The notes under the pieces were generated by a model. It was not told the DNA's origin and did no database searches. It saw only the letters and a program-made list of their open reading frames with translations. The position numbers and the translations under genes are program-made. Below, piece after piece: positions 63,702 to 64,000 of a DNA stretch of 64,000 nucleotides (its first letter is position 1; every line of letters starts with the position of its first letter). This DNA is from Myxococcota bacterium (GTDB lineage Bacteria; Myxococcota_A; UBA9160; UBA6930), in NCBI GenBank assembly GCA_965223415.1, contig OZ245002.1, forward strand, positions 4,296,757 to 4,360,756, in the 5' to 3' direction.

Positions 63702-64000
63702 GGGGTCCCTCCTTCCTGGCGCACGCCGGCGAAGGGGACGCCGGTAAGATCGGCGACCTCCCGCTTCCAGCTCGTGAGGTCGTCGACCGAGAAGTCGCCC
63801 AGCTGGTGGTGGCCGCAGGCGCGGGCGAGCACGCACATCAGCTCGGTGGCAGATCGCAGGAAGCGCTCGAGGCGAAGCGCGGCCGCGCCGATCTGCAGGC
63901 GGGCCCGCAACTGCTCCTTCTGGGTGGCGATGCCGACCGGGCAGTTATTGGTGTGGCAGGCGCGCATGCCGAGGCAGCCGATGGCCTGGAGCGCGGCGTT
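63698..64000 (-). CDS. Glutamate-synthase-like FMN/Fe-S domain protein, N-terminally truncated by the window end
   Basis: Frame is open to base 64000. Contains [13 protein letters not shown], the characteristic GltS FMN-domain Cys motif. Confidence 0.75.
   Translation of the reverse strand, partial: NAALQAIGCLGMRACHTNNCPVGIATQKEQLRARLQIGAAALRLERFLRSATELMCVLARACGHHQLGDFSVDDLTSWKREVADLTGVPFAGVRQEGGTP

Noticed and set aside
1-64000. Search for tRNA/rRNA genes, transposases, integrases, phage or defence-system genes
   Set aside because: No intergenic region contains a T-loop-like GGTTCGAATCC-type element or cloverleaf-length structure that I could see. No ORF translation shows DDE/recombinase, Cas, restriction-modification or toxin-antitoxin signatures. 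This was checked by eye only, without covariance models.

Overview
Very GC-rich bacterial chromosomal segment. Nearly every codon third position is G/C, which is why all six frames carry long spurious ORFs. It is densely packed with about 66 protein-coding genes. I found no rRNA, tRNA, CRISPR array, transposase, integrase or phage gene. All family calls come from reading motifs in the supplied translations; no search was run. Layout: (1) 1-7963, a complete chemosensory cluster (PAS-type MCP, cheA, cheW, cheB, cheR, gap, cheY, CheX-like phosphatase) ending in a PilZ/cNMP-binding-domain fusion. (2) 7993-19354, mixed small-enzyme genes (c-type cytochrome, GST, GATase, crotonase, SRPBCC, GFA, GNAT, epimerase, VOC, cyclase, SDR, ferredoxin, nitroreductase, ilvA). 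(3) 19416-22111, the most unusual locus: an orphan RnfD/NqrB-like membrane protein overlapping a secreted DUF2330-like protein, followed by a signal-peptide-bearing peptide with Cys at every fifth residue ((NPCGD)n) and a 3 x 42-bp tandem hairpin repeat. (4) 22115-43333, a lipid/xenobiotic CoA-ester catabolic island: three luciferase-like oxidoreductases, three acyl-CoA dehydrogenases, three of the window's four crotonases, three of its five SDRs, a family III CoA-transferase, P450 plus a DUF3365 c-heme protein, a sulfotransferase and a TetR regulator. (5) 43618-47196, an ECF sigma factor and small putative anti-sigma protein sandwiched between two TM_helix-repeat/MscS-like membrane proteins, ending in a PEP-CTERM-like tail ORF. 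(6) 47193-51050, an SDR followed by three serine hydrolases; a fourth, a type-B carboxylesterase, lies in block 8. (7) 51118-55125, a c-di-GMP module (GGDEF-EAL, an unknown internally duplicated protein, REC-like-PilZ-PilZ). (8) prs, glnS, a carboxylesterase, a hemerythrin-like protein, a fused parallel-beta-helix/diheme cytochrome c, an unknown protein and a truncated glutamate-synthase-like gene. The best candidates for undescribed biology are the RnfD-like/DUF2330/(NPCGD)n peptide locus, the TM_helix-ECF sigma island and the GGDEF-EAL/unknown/PilZ-PilZ trio.
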